Origin: a virus
Lineage: Duplodnaviria > Caudoviricetes
Direction: 5' to 3' (one strand)
IMG/VR virus record: IMGVR_UViG_3300022852_000153
Coordinates: 1 to 45,823 of that record
Length of the DNA stretch: 45,823 nt
Shown here in pieces: positions 1 to 9,518 of the stretch. The translations under genes and the position numbers were made by a program. The notes beneath the pieces are model-generated. The model did not search any database. It was not told the DNA's origin and was given only the letters and a program-made list of their open reading frames with translations. Position 1 is the first letter of the stretch. Each line of letters starts with the position of its first letter.

Positions 1-489
1 CTAGCGGTTGATCTTCACTGCCGCCTTTGCCCAAGCGTCGGTCTCCCTCACTCCGTCGATGGCTGCGTCAGCGTCTCTTGCCAGCGCTGCATATTCGTCC
101 GTGCACGCTTTGAGAACGTCCCAGGCTCGAGTAGCGGCTTGCTCAGAGATTCCGGCGCGGGCGGCAGCTTGGGCGGCTCTGGCACGCTGGGTGGCGATGA
201 CGTCACGCAGGCTGCCAGCAGCAGAGTTAGCAAGATCGCGCTCAGCGTTCGAAATCCGGACGTCTTCATTGGCTTTCTCCAGGCGGCTCGTGTAATCCGC
301 CACCATTTCCTGTTCCTGGCGCCTGTACTGCGCCTCGATTTGGCGGGCATTGGCAGCCGCTTCCAGTTGGGTCTGCGCTACACCAGCCCGATACTGGCTA
401 AGTCCGTACCAGCGCACAGCTGCTAGCGCTGCAGCCAGGACGGCAGCTCCAATCACATACGGAAGCAGCCAACGCAGCGTCGGATTCAT
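1..489 (-). CDS. Rz: i-spanin (Rz-like)
   Basis: N-terminal TM helix (WLLPYVIGAAVLAAALAAV) then Ala/Gln/Glu-rich coiled coil; follows the endolysin; contains an embedded lipoprotein ORF. Confidence 0.85.
   Translation of the reverse strand: MNPTLRWLLPYVIGAAVLAAALAAVRWYGLSQYRAGVAQTQLEAAANARQIEAQYRRQEQEMVADYTSRLEKANEDVRISNAERDLANSAAGSLRDVIATQRARAAQAAARAGISEQAATRAWDVLKACTDEYAALARDADAAIDGVRETDAWAKAAVKINR
48..269 (-). CDS. Rz1: o-spanin lipoprotein (Rz1-like), embedded in Rz in another frame
   Basis: ATG at 269 gives MKTSGFRTLSAILLTLLLAAC (lipobox LAAC) and a Pro-rich mature part, fully nested in Rz as in lambda. Confidence 0.85.
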   Translation of the reverse strand: MKTSGFRTLSAILLTLLLAACVTSSPPSVPEPPKLPPAPESLSKPLLEPGTFSKRARTNMQRWQETLTQPSTE

Positions 490-989
490 TTGGGCAGATC
501 CGTTTCACACAAGGCGCGCTCAGCCGCCCTTCGCTTCACCAGACCAGGCAGAATCTTGCCTCCAGCCCACACCCATTGTGGCTTCCCGTTGTCGGCCTGG
601 TTCATAGACCGACACGCACCAGCCCAATCACCCGCGTTGAATCGCCTAGCCGCAGCCGATCCGCAAAACGCCCCTACCCCTATGTTGTACGCAAAGCTCA
701 CTGCCGCCGCCGTCTGATTCGGATGCCCGGAAAGGACGGGCGCGCATGCCAGGACTCCCTGAGCGTGGTCGACCAGATCCCGGTCGAGAAGCGCTAGGCA
801 CTCCTCCCGGGTGTACGGCCTTCCCAGCACCGCTGTCTTCGTGTGCCCAGCGCACGCAGTGACGATCCCGATGGGGTCCTTGTAGCCGCGCAATACCATC
901 CCCTCGAACTGGGGGACGATGGAAAGCAGCATTGCCGCGGCCCCCGCTCCTACCGTTCCCTGCAGGGTTCGCTTAGTTCCTGTCTTCAT
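486..989 (-). CDS. Endolysin, GH24 phage lysozyme, probably SAR type
   Basis: E-x8-D-x5-T triad (FEGMVLRGYKDPIGIVT), SFAYNIGVGAFC and GLVKRRAAERALC motifs; Gly/Ala-rich weakly hydrophobic N-terminus like P21 R. Confidence 0.92.
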   Translation of the reverse strand: MKTGTKRTLQGTVGAGAAAMLLSIVPQFEGMVLRGYKDPIGIVTACAGHTKTAVLGRPYTREECLALLDRDLVDHAQGVLACAPVLSGHPNQTAAAVSFAYNIGVGAFCGSAAARRFNAGDWAGACRSMNQADNGKPQWVWAGGKILPGLVKRRAAERALCETDLPK

Positions 990-1191
990 CGTTCAGCCTC
1001 GGCTGTGAAACCACGCGGGCAATCGCCGCGCACAATGAGAAAAGCCCCGCACTGATCACAATCAGTGGGGGCTTGCCAGTCAGCCATACGTTCATGGCCA
1101 CTTCTACTGCGGAGAGCAGCGCGGCGACCAATGCCAGGCGCACGCTCCACAATCGCGGCCATTTCTGCCGCCAGTTTTGGATCAGGTTCAC
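973..1191 (-). CDS. Holin (small two-TM, pinholin-like)
   Basis: GTG at 1191 overlaps the upstream stop (GTGA); MNLIQNWRQKWPRLWSVRLAL..., two hydrophobic segments, charged C-terminus, directly upstream of the endolysin. Confidence 0.75.
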   Translation of the reverse strand: MNLIQNWRQKWPRLWSVRLALVAALLSAVEVAMNVWLTGKPPLIVISAGLFSLCAAIARVVSQPRLNDEDRN

Positions 1192-1523
1192 GATTGCAGG
1201 AAGTCCTTGAGTTGACGAAGCAACATGTACGCAAGGCCCGTTAAGGCTCCCCACGTGCTGACCTTGATGAGGTGGGTGATTACTTCCCGCCGAATTTGCT
1301 GACGCTGCTCCTCCCTAGATATCAACAACTCGTGATATCGACGATGGCCGTCAAAGTCACCGCCCGGGAACGCCGTCTTTACTGCTGCCGATAGAGCCAG
1401 CATTTCCTTTTGCAGGGCGTCATGCTTGGCGTCCGAATCCCGCCTTGCCGCCTCTTGCTGCTCGTGCAGCGCCGACAGAATCGCCTTCGCGTCTGGGCTG
1501 ATGCCCGGGATGTTCTGTGTCAC
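1188..1523 (-). CDS. Lysis-cassette membrane protein (holin/antiholin-like)
   Basis: Coiled-coil N-terminus and single C-terminal hydrophobic helix; first gene of the lysis cassette; GGAG upstream of GTG. Confidence 0.5.
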   Translation of the reverse strand: MTQNIPGISPDAKAILSALHEQQEAARRDSDAKHDALQKEMLALSAAVKTAFPGGDFDGHRRYHELLISREEQRQQIRREVITHLIKVSTWGALTGLAYMLLRQLKDFLQS

Positions 1524-1548
1524 CCTGTCTCTCCGTGGCCCTTAGGCG

Positions 1549-1570
1549 AAAAAAAGCCCGCCGGAGCGGG
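1549..1570 (-). terminator. Intrinsic terminator-like hairpin between the oafA start and the lysis cassette
   Basis: Minus strand CCCGC-TCCG-GCGGG followed by CTTTTTTT. Confidence 0.6.
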
Positions 1571-1626
1571 TGTCTATGGATAGCTCTTACAATCCGAGCC
1601 AGCTTTCAAATCAAACCTGCAGGCAA

Positions 1627-3648
1627 ATGTCTAACCTCAAGTACCGTCCGGAGATTGACGGACTGCGCGCCATATCAGTCTTAGCAGTGGTCCTGTTCCA
1701 CCTAGGCATACCCGGAATTAGCGGCGGGTTCGTCGGGGTGGACGTATTCTTCGTCATCTCCGGATTCCTGATAACCAGCATCCTTAAGTCCGAGCTTGAG
1801 GAAGGCACGTTCTCGATTCTTGCCTTCTACGACAGGCGCATCAGGCGAATTCTTCCCGCCCTCCTCGTGATGCTGCTCGTGGTTCTGATTGCTGGTTACT
1901 GGATCTTGACTCCAGGGGATTACGTCGCTTCGGCCCGCAGCAGCATTGCCGCGGCTGCCTCGGTCAGCAACATCTTCTTCTATCTCAACACCGGCTACTT
2001 CGATGCTTCTGCGTCGACAATGCCATTGCTGCACACCTGGTCCCTAGCCATAGAAGAACAGTTCTATCTGGTGTTGCCAGTAGCCCTAGTCGTTGTGTAC
2101 AGATTCCGCCGGAACTGGGCGAAAATGTCTCTCCTGATCCTTCTCTTGATCAGCTTCTTCGCGGGGTTGACGACCCTCGCTTCCAACCCGAAAGCCGCCT
2201 TCTACCTGCCCCAGTACCGCGCGTGGGAGCTGGCCGCTGGCTCAATCCTTGCATTTCTGCCACAAGCGCGTTCAGGTCGTGGCCTAAGTTTCCTCGGTTT
2301 GGTTCTCATACTCGTCGCGGTCTTCCTACTCGACAAATCGACGACATTCCCAGGCTACGCGGCACTTCTGCCCGTCCTTGGTGCTTGCCTTATCCTGCGT
2401 TACGCCTCACATCCAGGTCTCGTTCGGTCAGCCCTTTCACTGCCGTCAATGGTTTTCATCGGGCGGATTTCCTATTCCCTATACCTCTGGCACTGGCCGA
2501 CTATCGTCCTGTGGAAGCATTACACCGGCAATGCGCCAATCTCTCCGCTGGAACAAGTTCTCCTCGGGGTCGTATCGTTCGCCCTTGGCTGGGCGTCCTG
2601 GCGCTGGGTGGAGCAGCCGTTCCGCAAGCCCAATCACTCTGAACACCGGACCGTCGGCGCGGGTATTAGCACTTCTGTCTTAACGTCGATGGTCGCTCTA
2701 GCCGTCGTCATGTCGCATGGATTCCCCGAGCGCATTCCAGCAGATCTAGGTAACCTCGGAAACCGTGACGCAATGTGGGCATGGGACTGCCCAGCTGTGG
2801 TGCCAGACGGTCCTTGGAAAGGTCTTTGCCAGGTCGGCGCGCCATGGAATGACGCGAAAGCTCGGCTTGTCCTGACGGGAGACAGCCATGCTGAACACTT
2901 CATGCCTTACGTTCACGAAGCCGCCAAAGCAATGCAAACCGCAGTGGTGTTGTATCGCGCCTGTCCGCCCGTAATCACCGATACCGGGACGAGGCGGTTT
3001 CTTCGAGATGGCCCCACATACACGGCAGACTGTACGAAGACACACGACGATCTGTTGAGACGTCTCGCCGCATCACCCGATGTATCGGGTCTTATGATGG
3101 CCTCCGCATGGTCTTCCCTGGCAATCTGGTCATATCGAGGGGAGACTCCGGCCGACATAGGTACGCAAGATGCCCGGGATGCAGGCTTGCTTGCAATCAG
3201 GCAAGGGGTGAATGACATGCTGACGTCCCTCGAACGGATCGGCAAGAAAGCCATCGTCATCAGCGACATGCCATCTTTCAGTCAAGACCCGCAACACTGC
3301 GCCATTGGCAACCAATCAGGCCTATTACGTCGACCGTGCCCTAGCGGATCAACCGCGGTCCCTAGAAAAACCTTCGACGAATGGCAAGCCCGAACTGAAG
3401 CAATGTTTCGCGAAGTCCAACAACACCACCCCGAAGTTCGGTTCGTTTTTCCTGGCTCGGCAATGTGCACCGAAGCCGGCTGCGACACTTACCAGGACGG
3501 CTTTTTTTTCTACCGTGATACTGATCACATACGACGAGATCTTCCCGCAACTACTAATCGACACATAGCGGACCGTATCGGACTTACTCGGGCGCTAAGC
3601 TCTGCTCTTCCTCCTGCGGAATTGCCGGGCGGTCGTCGTCCGCGTTAA
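1627..3648 (+). CDS. oafA: Acyltransferase-3 + SGNH O-acetyltransferase (OafA-like), lysogenic conversion moron
   Basis: YRPEIDGLRAISVLAVVLFH, GGFVGVDVFFVISGFLIT and HTWSLAIEEQFY AT3 motifs, multiple TM helices, SGNH motifs GDSHA and DTDH. Start placed at ATG 1627; TACAAT at 1588-1593 is a possible -10. Confidence 0.92.
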   Translation: MSNLKYRPEIDGLRAISVLAVVLFHLGIPGISGGFVGVDVFFVISGFLITSILKSELEEGTFSILAFYDRRIRRILPALLVMLLVVLIAGYWILTPGDYVASARSSIAAAASVSNIFFYLNTGYFDASASTMPLLHTWSLAIEEQFYLVLPVALVVVYRFRRNWAKMSLLILLLISFFAGLTTLASNPKAAFYLPQYRAWELAAGSILAFLPQARSGRGLSFLGLVLILVAVFLLDKSTTFPGYAALLPVLGACLILRYASHPGLVRSALSLPSMVFIGRISYSLYLWHWPTIVLWKHYTGNAPISPLEQVLLGVVSFALGWASWRWVEQPFRKPNHSEHRTVGAGISTSVLTSMVALAVVMSHGFPERIPADLGNLGNRDAMWAWDCPAVVPDGPWKGLCQVGAPWNDAKARLVLTGDSHAEHFMPYVHEAAKAMQTAVVLYRACPPVITDTGTRRFLRDGPTYTADCTKTHDDLLRRLAASPDVSGLMMASAWSSLAIWSYRGETPADIGTQDARDAGLLAIRQGVNDMLTSLERIGKKAIVISDMPSFSQDPQHCAIGNQSGLLRRPCPSGSTAVPRKTFDEWQARTEAMFREVQQHHPEVRFVFPGSAMCTEAGCDTYQDGFFFYRDTDHIRRDLPATTNRHIADRIGLTRALSSALPPAELPGGRRPR

Positions 3649-3772
3649 GCGGAACGTTGCCCTCTTCCAACCATTGCAAGTAGGCAGCGTAGTCAGCGTT
3701 AAATTCGTCGGGAGGAATAAACGCGCCGTCTGTGAGACGCAAGACCGAGCCTTGCTCATGAATTTGGTACAT
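3584..3772 (-). CDS. Short tail-fibre-associated protein (assembly chaperone-like, possibly truncated)
   Basis: ATG 3772 right after the fibre stop; VLRLTDGAFIPPDEFNADYAAYLQWLEEGNVP resembles N-termini of proteins following tail fibres; only 62 aa, overlapping the oafA 3' end. Confidence 0.55.
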   Translation of the reverse strand: MYQIHEQGSVLRLTDGAFIPPDEFNADYAAYLQWLEEGNVPLNADDDRPAIPQEEEQSLAPE

Positions 3773-3773
3773 A

Positions 3774-4805
3774 TCAAAGCTCCGAAACGATTGAGATTGC
3801 CGCCGAAGTAGTGTTATTCCCTTGAATAATGGTGGCATTGCCAGCCACAAGAGCGGCGGAACTAGCGGTGATAGACATTGACGCGCTATCTACTCCCTGC
3901 TGGCTAAATGCCATCCCGATATTGCCCGAACTTGCACCAGCAGAGGTCGTGACAGCGAAATCTGCATTCGCGGTATATACGATTGTCGGAGCAGCTCGCT
4001 TGCGCCGATACGTGAAGGCGGTCTGTGCTTGTGTCGTCGAAATCGCCTGGGCGATAGCAAACTGAGTGAAGTTTGTCTGGCTGCGGCGGATTTCGGCGTA
4101 CCGCAAGCACAGATCCATCTCGGCGCCCTCTGCCCTGTTCTCGAACAGGGTCGCGTTCTGCCCTGCTTCAAATTGCGCTAGCGTAAGCGTGCCCGTATTG
4201 AACTCAATGTTGGTATTGGTTCCGCCAGTAACGGTACCTGTCACCGGGCTGGCAGCATAGCCACCAGCGGCGATGCGGCCGTTGGCTGTCCCTGTCCAGG
4301 ACAGCACGTGGGATCCAGATCGTAGGTTGTTGCCTTCGATCACCTGCATCAAAGTTCCTGCCGTGATCGTCAGTGTCGTAACGCCCGCAGACGTCGAGAA
4401 TGTGTAGGTGCAACCGCCGCTCCCGGCCTTCCAGCGGTCATGCCCGTATGCGCCGGCCGGGAGTACCACCGTCCCCGAAACTGCACGCTGATTGATATTG
4501 AACTTGCCGTTGATTAGCAGGTTCTTAAACCCCCCAGTAGGGATCAATCCGCTTGCGGCATCACTTTGATAAAAGGGCCGCTCGAACACTCGTCCGATCT
4601 CGACCCACGCCGTGCCAGCTGCATTACGCCGAGAAACGACTCCCGTGTCTGTATTCGCCCACGTCATAAAGGGCGCAGCCAGGGAAGCCGGATCCGCGGT
4701 CCCTGCGAAGTCTGTCGCCACCGTGGCAATCGCGGCATTTGCCTGCTGGACCATCTGCAGCCCGGGCAGCGGAGGAGTTTCGGAAATTGCGATAGGTTCT
4801 TGCAT
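3774..4805 (-). CDS. Tail fibre / receptor-binding protein
   Basis: Follows J; FKNLLINGKFNINQR...YGHDRW motif of phage fibre carbohydrate-binding-like domains; Thr/Gly/Ala-rich. Confidence 0.75.
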   Translation of the reverse strand: MQEPIAISETPPLPGLQMVQQANAAIATVATDFAGTADPASLAAPFMTWANTDTGVVSRRNAAGTAWVEIGRVFERPFYQSDAASGLIPTGGFKNLLINGKFNINQRAVSGTVVLPAGAYGHDRWKAGSGGCTYTFSTSAGVTTLTITAGTLMQVIEGNNLRSGSHVLSWTGTANGRIAAGGYAASPVTGTVTGGTNTNIEFNTGTLTLAQFEAGQNATLFENRAEGAEMDLCLRYAEIRRSQTNFTQFAIAQAISTTQAQTAFTYRRKRAAPTIVYTANADFAVTTSAGASSGNIGMAFSQQGVDSASMSITASSAALVAGNATIIQGNNTTSAAISIVSEL

Positions 4806-4806
4806 A

Positions 4807-7800
4807 TCAATACCCCTGAGCTAACCAATTGACTACGCGCTCCACCGGAGTCGCATTGTTGAACATCTGAATGTTGAAACCCTCTTCGGGATCGACGTCC
4901 TGAAGAATGACGGCACGGTCTCCGGCCACGGCGTCAATCGTCGTGACCTGAAGATTCGGCTTCATGTGAAAGTGCTTTGCAAAATTGACCCGCAGGCCAC
5001 CAGATGGAATCGTCACGCCCGTTCCCGACTGCACCAGGTCTGGTACGTCGATGGTCCAAGAGAAATGCCTCACAAACGGAACGATCATCGGCTGATCCGT
5101 TTCCAGCACTAGTCGGATGTTGAAATAACGAGCGTTGATGGTTCCCGGGATGTAGTCCTGCCACTCACCGAAAACTCCGTCATCCAAAGCGAATTGGATT
5201 TGAGGTCTGACTAGATAGTGCTGGCGGCTTGAGCCATTCAGCACATCAGCTTCACTCAGGACGTCTGGGAGGGAGAGAAAGTCTTCGGCGAAGTTGAGCG
5301 CGTACTCGTCGATCTCGAAGTCAACTCGCACCGGAGCCACGTAGCCCAAGTCAACGATGTTGCTGGCTGCTGTGGTATAGGTGCCGCCCGTATCAACCCC
5401 GCCGAACCACAGCACATCCTCTAGACCCAAGACGTTTGGGGCCGACAGGATGTCTCCTACCCCAACCAGCGTGAGTTCATCGTCATGAATGAAAGCGCCG
5501 CCCGTAAGCGTTCCGGTCCAGGTCGGATCTTCCTGAACAGTAATAAGCACGTTTCGAACAAGGACCGCCCCGGTGATCTGCAGGCTATCTGCCGGACCGT
5601 ACAGCGTTACTCCCCGCGTCTGGAATCTCGCCGCCACAAAGTAGGTGCCGTTCCCAACCGCAAGCATTTCAAGATTGGAGGTGATCCCAACCGTTCTGGA
5701 GTTAGCCCACGACGTTCCAAGCCGAACTTCATAATCTGGCTGGCGAATGTCAACCACACGATCCCAGATCAGCGTCGTTAGACCGTCACGAAAGACACTA
5801 GTCAGCCCCGTGACCGCAGGCAGCGGAGCTAAAAGACCCTGGACCGCGTAGGTTCCAGAGAAGGGCTGCCCGGTCCCAATTGAATTAACGGGGCGTAGAG
5901 TTGCGACGATGACGTCTCCCGTCTTTGCCTGCACAGTAGCCTGTCGAGCTTCCGTGGTGATGGGCTGCTGCGCTATTCCGTTAATGGAATAGTTGATCTG
6001 AACTCGACTGGACGTAGAAATAGACCAATCCAACTGCACGTCGATGGCGTCGTTCTGGACGCTGCGAATAGATTCAGTGAATCGCAGCGAGAAAATCACC
6101 CCACCTAGCAGCGTCCCATCCCTCGGCGGCGTGTAGACGTATGGGTTGTACTCGCTCGCGTAGTATCCCGCATCATCGTCGATTGCCGAAAACCTGACCC
6201 CATCTGCTGAAGGCTCTACTGAAGTGATCTTGAATCGTCTGCCCGGCATCTCAAAAGGCCCGAACTGCCACACCCAATCCAGAGGTGTTACTTCTTCGTA
6301 TGGCGCGTCACCGGGCATGTGGAAATCGTCTAGATCACTCACGATGGTCAACTCGTTGACGTTGCCAACAGCCGACGTGACAGACGCAACCTTCATTTTT
6401 CCAGCCGGATCACGCAGCAGAACAATTCCATCGCCATCTGAAGGAACTTCGGTATCAAGCACGATTTTTGGAAGGCCTGGCCCCCCACTATTGCTACCTG
6501 GCATCATGCGGCCGGAATATCCCCACACCGTAAGATCGTGAGTAAGACGAACAACGTCTCCCTTTGTGGCGACGAACCCTTCAATATCAGTATCAAATGT
6601 GACGCGACGCCGGTGCCAAATCTGCGATGCTGCAATCAAGTTTGCTTCTCGCCCAGCCATATCCACGTTAGTACAACCGTCCAAATCCAATTGGAGTGGA
6701 TTGCTGGTAGTGACTGCTCCGGGGACTGCCACCCTAACTTCATTGAGAGTCCAGTTGCGGGCCTCATCTACGAAGTTGACGACGATTTCATCAACTCGGG
6801 ATTCGTTCGTGTAGGTGATTTGGAACGAACCTGCCCGTATGTTGAATGGGCCAAATGTAGCCACTTCGGGCAACCCATCGGCGGACCAGACAACGCCTAA
6901 CTTGCCAGTCTGTTGAGTCTTGGCTGCCCGCCCTGCCCTGGCGATCATATCCAGCACGTCCGCCGAACTGACCTTCTGGTCCAAGACGTAGTTGAAAGTC
7001 AGGCGTTTTTCGTCACACCATGCGGCCCAGGCCTTTATCCCATCGAGATCAATTTCAGAGTCGCTTAGGCCAACTCCATACAGGCGTCTGCCTGCAGTAT
7101 CTCGGGCTCCACGTGAAAACCAGAGAAACCACCATGCAGGATTCGAGGTCTCCTGTGTGACCCAAACACTCCCATTCCAAACAGGACATACGGCACTAGC
7201 AATGGCATTAAATTCATCCACGCTGCCGTTCAATTGACCAGTCGCCTTGATGCGCAAAGCGACTCGGGTTTGTCCTGTGTAGTCAGTCGTGTCGTACTGG
7301 TAAGCAAGAATCTGACTTACCGCCGTTTCATTTGATTCACGACTGTCATTAACGTCGGCCGTCACCTTCATTACCCGAACCTCGTACTGGCCGCCGGTCA
7401 CATCCCACGATATCTGCGCGCGCGTAGGTTCCTGTCGATTGCCCCATAGGCGGTAGCCTGGTCCGCCAGGAAGAATTACCGGATCTGGAGCAATCCCGAC
7501 CCAGGGCTGTCCGAGCTGGTAGGGATGTGGGATCCAGCGCCACTGCCCAGTAACGGTTTGTCCGGTTTCGGGGTCGACATATATAAACGACTCTCCTTCT
7601 ACATGATCTCCTTGATTCGTGGACCCCATGAGAACCTGGGCTGTGTTTTCCGGATATGTTCGTCCTGACCAATAATGCGTGGCGTAGGTGGCATCGATAA
7701 AGCCTAGCTCAAGCCAATCTGCAGACGTCACATCGCGATATTGAATCCGAAACTCAACACGTCTACTTTCAATGCTTCCGTCATCGGCTACACGGAAAAG

Positions 7801-8667
7801 CCTGGACGCAACTTCTACAGTGATTGTTCCGACATTGGTAGGTGTCGTCCTGGCCACCCAGCCATCGGCTGACGACAGTGAGAATCCTTGTAGCGTGTCC
7901 ACATTGCCAGAGAACATCGTGACCGCGCCATCCGGTCCGGACCGCTGCATCTGCACTCCGTCATAAGACTCGATAGGAGTATTCCCAATCTTGTATTCTC
8001 GGATGACTATATTCATACCCTGCAGGCCAAAGTTAAAGACCTGGTTCAGGAATTGATCATCTCCGGCTTGATTGGTCCAAGGGGTGGCTCCTAGGTCTGG
8101 GACTATCCTGTGGCGTCCCATGATGATAGGCAGCGGTTCCCACGGTCGCGCCCGATTCCTTCCTCCTTGAATAGAGTACGTCGGGCTTGATTCGTACTTT
8201 TGTCCCACCCCTAGTTTTGCCGCCGTCGGCAACGGCATCGGCAGAAGGGCGTTGATCAAAACCGTGCCGGCCAGCATGATCACACTACTTCCAATGGCGC
8301 CTGCTGTTGCCCCCGTAAATCCCAAAGCACCGCCGAGAGCCGCTCCGTAACCTGCGCTGACGACAACGAGCGCAACAAGCGCTACGGTGCGCAGGATCTT
8401 CCCGCCTCCGCCGCCTCCTTCCATCTTCGCGCGGACTACCACCTGATCCCCTGATTTGGGGATCAGCCTGCGCCACAATGCCGACGGCACACGTCTGCCG
8501 TTGTGCCAAACGTCCATTGGCGCATCAACAATATGCAGGCCAACTCGTTCCAAATAGGCGGACAAAGTTTCTCCGCGGAGAAACCCGGCATAGCACACGT
8601 ACTTACCGTCCGGTCGAAGGGGATGGGGGAGATGTACTAGCGAGGGAGACTTAACTTCTACTTCCAC
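4807..8667 (-). CDS. Tail tip protein J (host specificity), with fused lambda I-like N-terminus
   Basis: 1286 aa; GGGGGKILRTVALVALVV I-like segment, NRARPWEPLPIIMGRH and TSNPAWW motifs, FNIII-like C-terminal region. Confidence 0.9.
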   Translation of the reverse strand: MEVEVKSPSLVHLPHPLRPDGKYVCYAGFLRGETLSAYLERVGLHIVDAPMDVWHNGRRVPSALWRRLIPKSGDQVVVRAKMEGGGGGGKILRTVALVALVVVSAGYGAALGGALGFTGATAGAIGSSVIMLAGTVLINALLPMPLPTAAKLGVGQKYESSPTYSIQGGRNRARPWEPLPIIMGRHRIVPDLGATPWTNQAGDDQFLNQVFNFGLQGMNIVIREYKIGNTPIESYDGVQMQRSGPDGAVTMFSGNVDTLQGFSLSSADGWVARTTPTNVGTITVEVASRLFRVADDGSIESRRVEFRIQYRDVTSADWLELGFIDATYATHYWSGRTYPENTAQVLMGSTNQGDHVEGESFIYVDPETGQTVTGQWRWIPHPYQLGQPWVGIAPDPVILPGGPGYRLWGNRQEPTRAQISWDVTGGQYEVRVMKVTADVNDSRESNETAVSQILAYQYDTTDYTGQTRVALRIKATGQLNGSVDEFNAIASAVCPVWNGSVWVTQETSNPAWWFLWFSRGARDTAGRRLYGVGLSDSEIDLDGIKAWAAWCDEKRLTFNYVLDQKVSSADVLDMIARAGRAAKTQQTGKLGVVWSADGLPEVATFGPFNIRAGSFQITYTNESRVDEIVVNFVDEARNWTLNEVRVAVPGAVTTSNPLQLDLDGCTNVDMAGREANLIAASQIWHRRRVTFDTDIEGFVATKGDVVRLTHDLTVWGYSGRMMPGSNSGGPGLPKIVLDTEVPSDGDGIVLLRDPAGKMKVASVTSAVGNVNELTIVSDLDDFHMPGDAPYEEVTPLDWVWQFGPFEMPGRRFKITSVEPSADGVRFSAIDDDAGYYASEYNPYVYTPPRDGTLLGGVIFSLRFTESIRSVQNDAIDVQLDWSISTSSRVQINYSINGIAQQPITTEARQATVQAKTGDVIVATLRPVNSIGTGQPFSGTYAVQGLLAPLPAVTGLTSVFRDGLTTLIWDRVVDIRQPDYEVRLGTSWANSRTVGITSNLEMLAVGNGTYFVAARFQTRGVTLYGPADSLQITGAVLVRNVLITVQEDPTWTGTLTGGAFIHDDELTLVGVGDILSAPNVLGLEDVLWFGGVDTGGTYTTAASNIVDLGYVAPVRVDFEIDEYALNFAEDFLSLPDVLSEADVLNGSSRQHYLVRPQIQFALDDGVFGEWQDYIPGTINARYFNIRLVLETDQPMIVPFVRHFSWTIDVPDLVQSGTGVTIPSGGLRVNFAKHFHMKPNLQVTTIDAVAGDRAVILQDVDPEEGFNIQMFNNATPVERVVNWLAQGY

Positions 8668-9041
8668 CGGTAGTACCCCTCAAGCTTGAAGTGAATTCGC
8701 GTCAAGTCCCTTAGCCTCTGCCGAATAACCGACCCCGCCGACTGATCGGCATGCAATACCCACCACTCATGTGCCAGCCAGCACATCACCCCGATATGGC
8801 ACAACCGCCCGCGACCAATGAACAACGCCGGGCAACCATCAACCGGGCTATCAATACGATCGGCAAGCTCGTCTTTGCAATCAACGATTTGCGCTGACTG
8901 ATCGCGCAAGGTCGTGGCGTGGGAGGCTGGCAAGTTCGGTGTCACGCCGAATACTTCCTTGGACACTTTGGCGGCCAGGGCGGCACAGTCTCCCGTTTCT
9001 GGCACATACGCCAGGCCCACATATTTATCAGACCAGTGCAT
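8658..9041 (-). CDS. Tail tip NlpC/P60-family protein (K-like)
   Basis: ATG 9041 overlaps upstream stop; YVGLAY...DCAALA...HIGV...VLHA Cys/His motifs; position before J. Confidence 0.8.
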   Translation of the reverse strand: MHWSDKYVGLAYVPETGDCAALAAKVSKEVFGVTPNLPASHATTLRDQSAQIVDCKDELADRIDSPVDGCPALFIGRGRLCHIGVMCWLAHEWWVLHADQSAGSVIRQRLRDLTRIHFKLEGYYRWK

Positions 9042-9517
9042 TACCAAAGCCCCGGCGCCGTCTTGGGGTCGTAGCGGATTGCTACTGCGCTCTGCCCCAA
9101 GGTGTTTTGATAGCCAAGAAGTCCGCTTACGGTCAGGTTGTTGACGACAAGCCCGGTCAGGTCCAACGTCATATCGAACTCGATCAGGTTCGGATCGCTT
9201 CGAAGCACCTGGATAATCCTGCACCGAGCGCCAGCCCCACCCCGACTGAATTCGAGCCACTGAGTAAGCTCGCGACCGACGTTATCCACCTCCAGCCGGG
9301 CCTGAGGAAGTTGTTGGTCTTTGTCGTCTGGGAGTGCCACCCTGAAAGCAGTAGCAAAGAACTCCTGACCTTGAATGACGATGTTTTGGCTATCGTTGAC
9401 GAACCGTGCCGGAATGACGAGATCCGGATGGAGAATTTCTACCGCGACCAGGAACGGTTCTTCGGCACTAGTGGCCAGCAGGTTCTCGCGAGCGTCACTC
9501 GAATAATTAACAGGCAT
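9041..9517 (-). CDS. Minor tail protein (DUF1833 / L-position)
   Basis: ATG 9517; EILHPDL...RFVND...LPDD...PQARLEVDNV...RYDPKTAPGLW pattern; tail tip synteny. Confidence 0.75.
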   Translation of the reverse strand: MPVNYSSDARENLLATSAEEPFLVAVEILHPDLVIPARFVNDSQNIVIQGQEFFATAFRVALPDDKDQQLPQARLEVDNVGRELTQWLEFSRGGAGARCRIIQVLRSDPNLIEFDMTLDLTGLVVNNLTVSGLLGYQNTLGQSAVAIRYDPKTAPGLW

Positions 9518-9518
9518 C

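Noticed and set aside
3774-4805. Diversity-generating retroelement or invertible tail-fibre cassette
   Set aside because: No reverse transcriptase or invertase in the window and no second copy of the fibre 3' end noticed.
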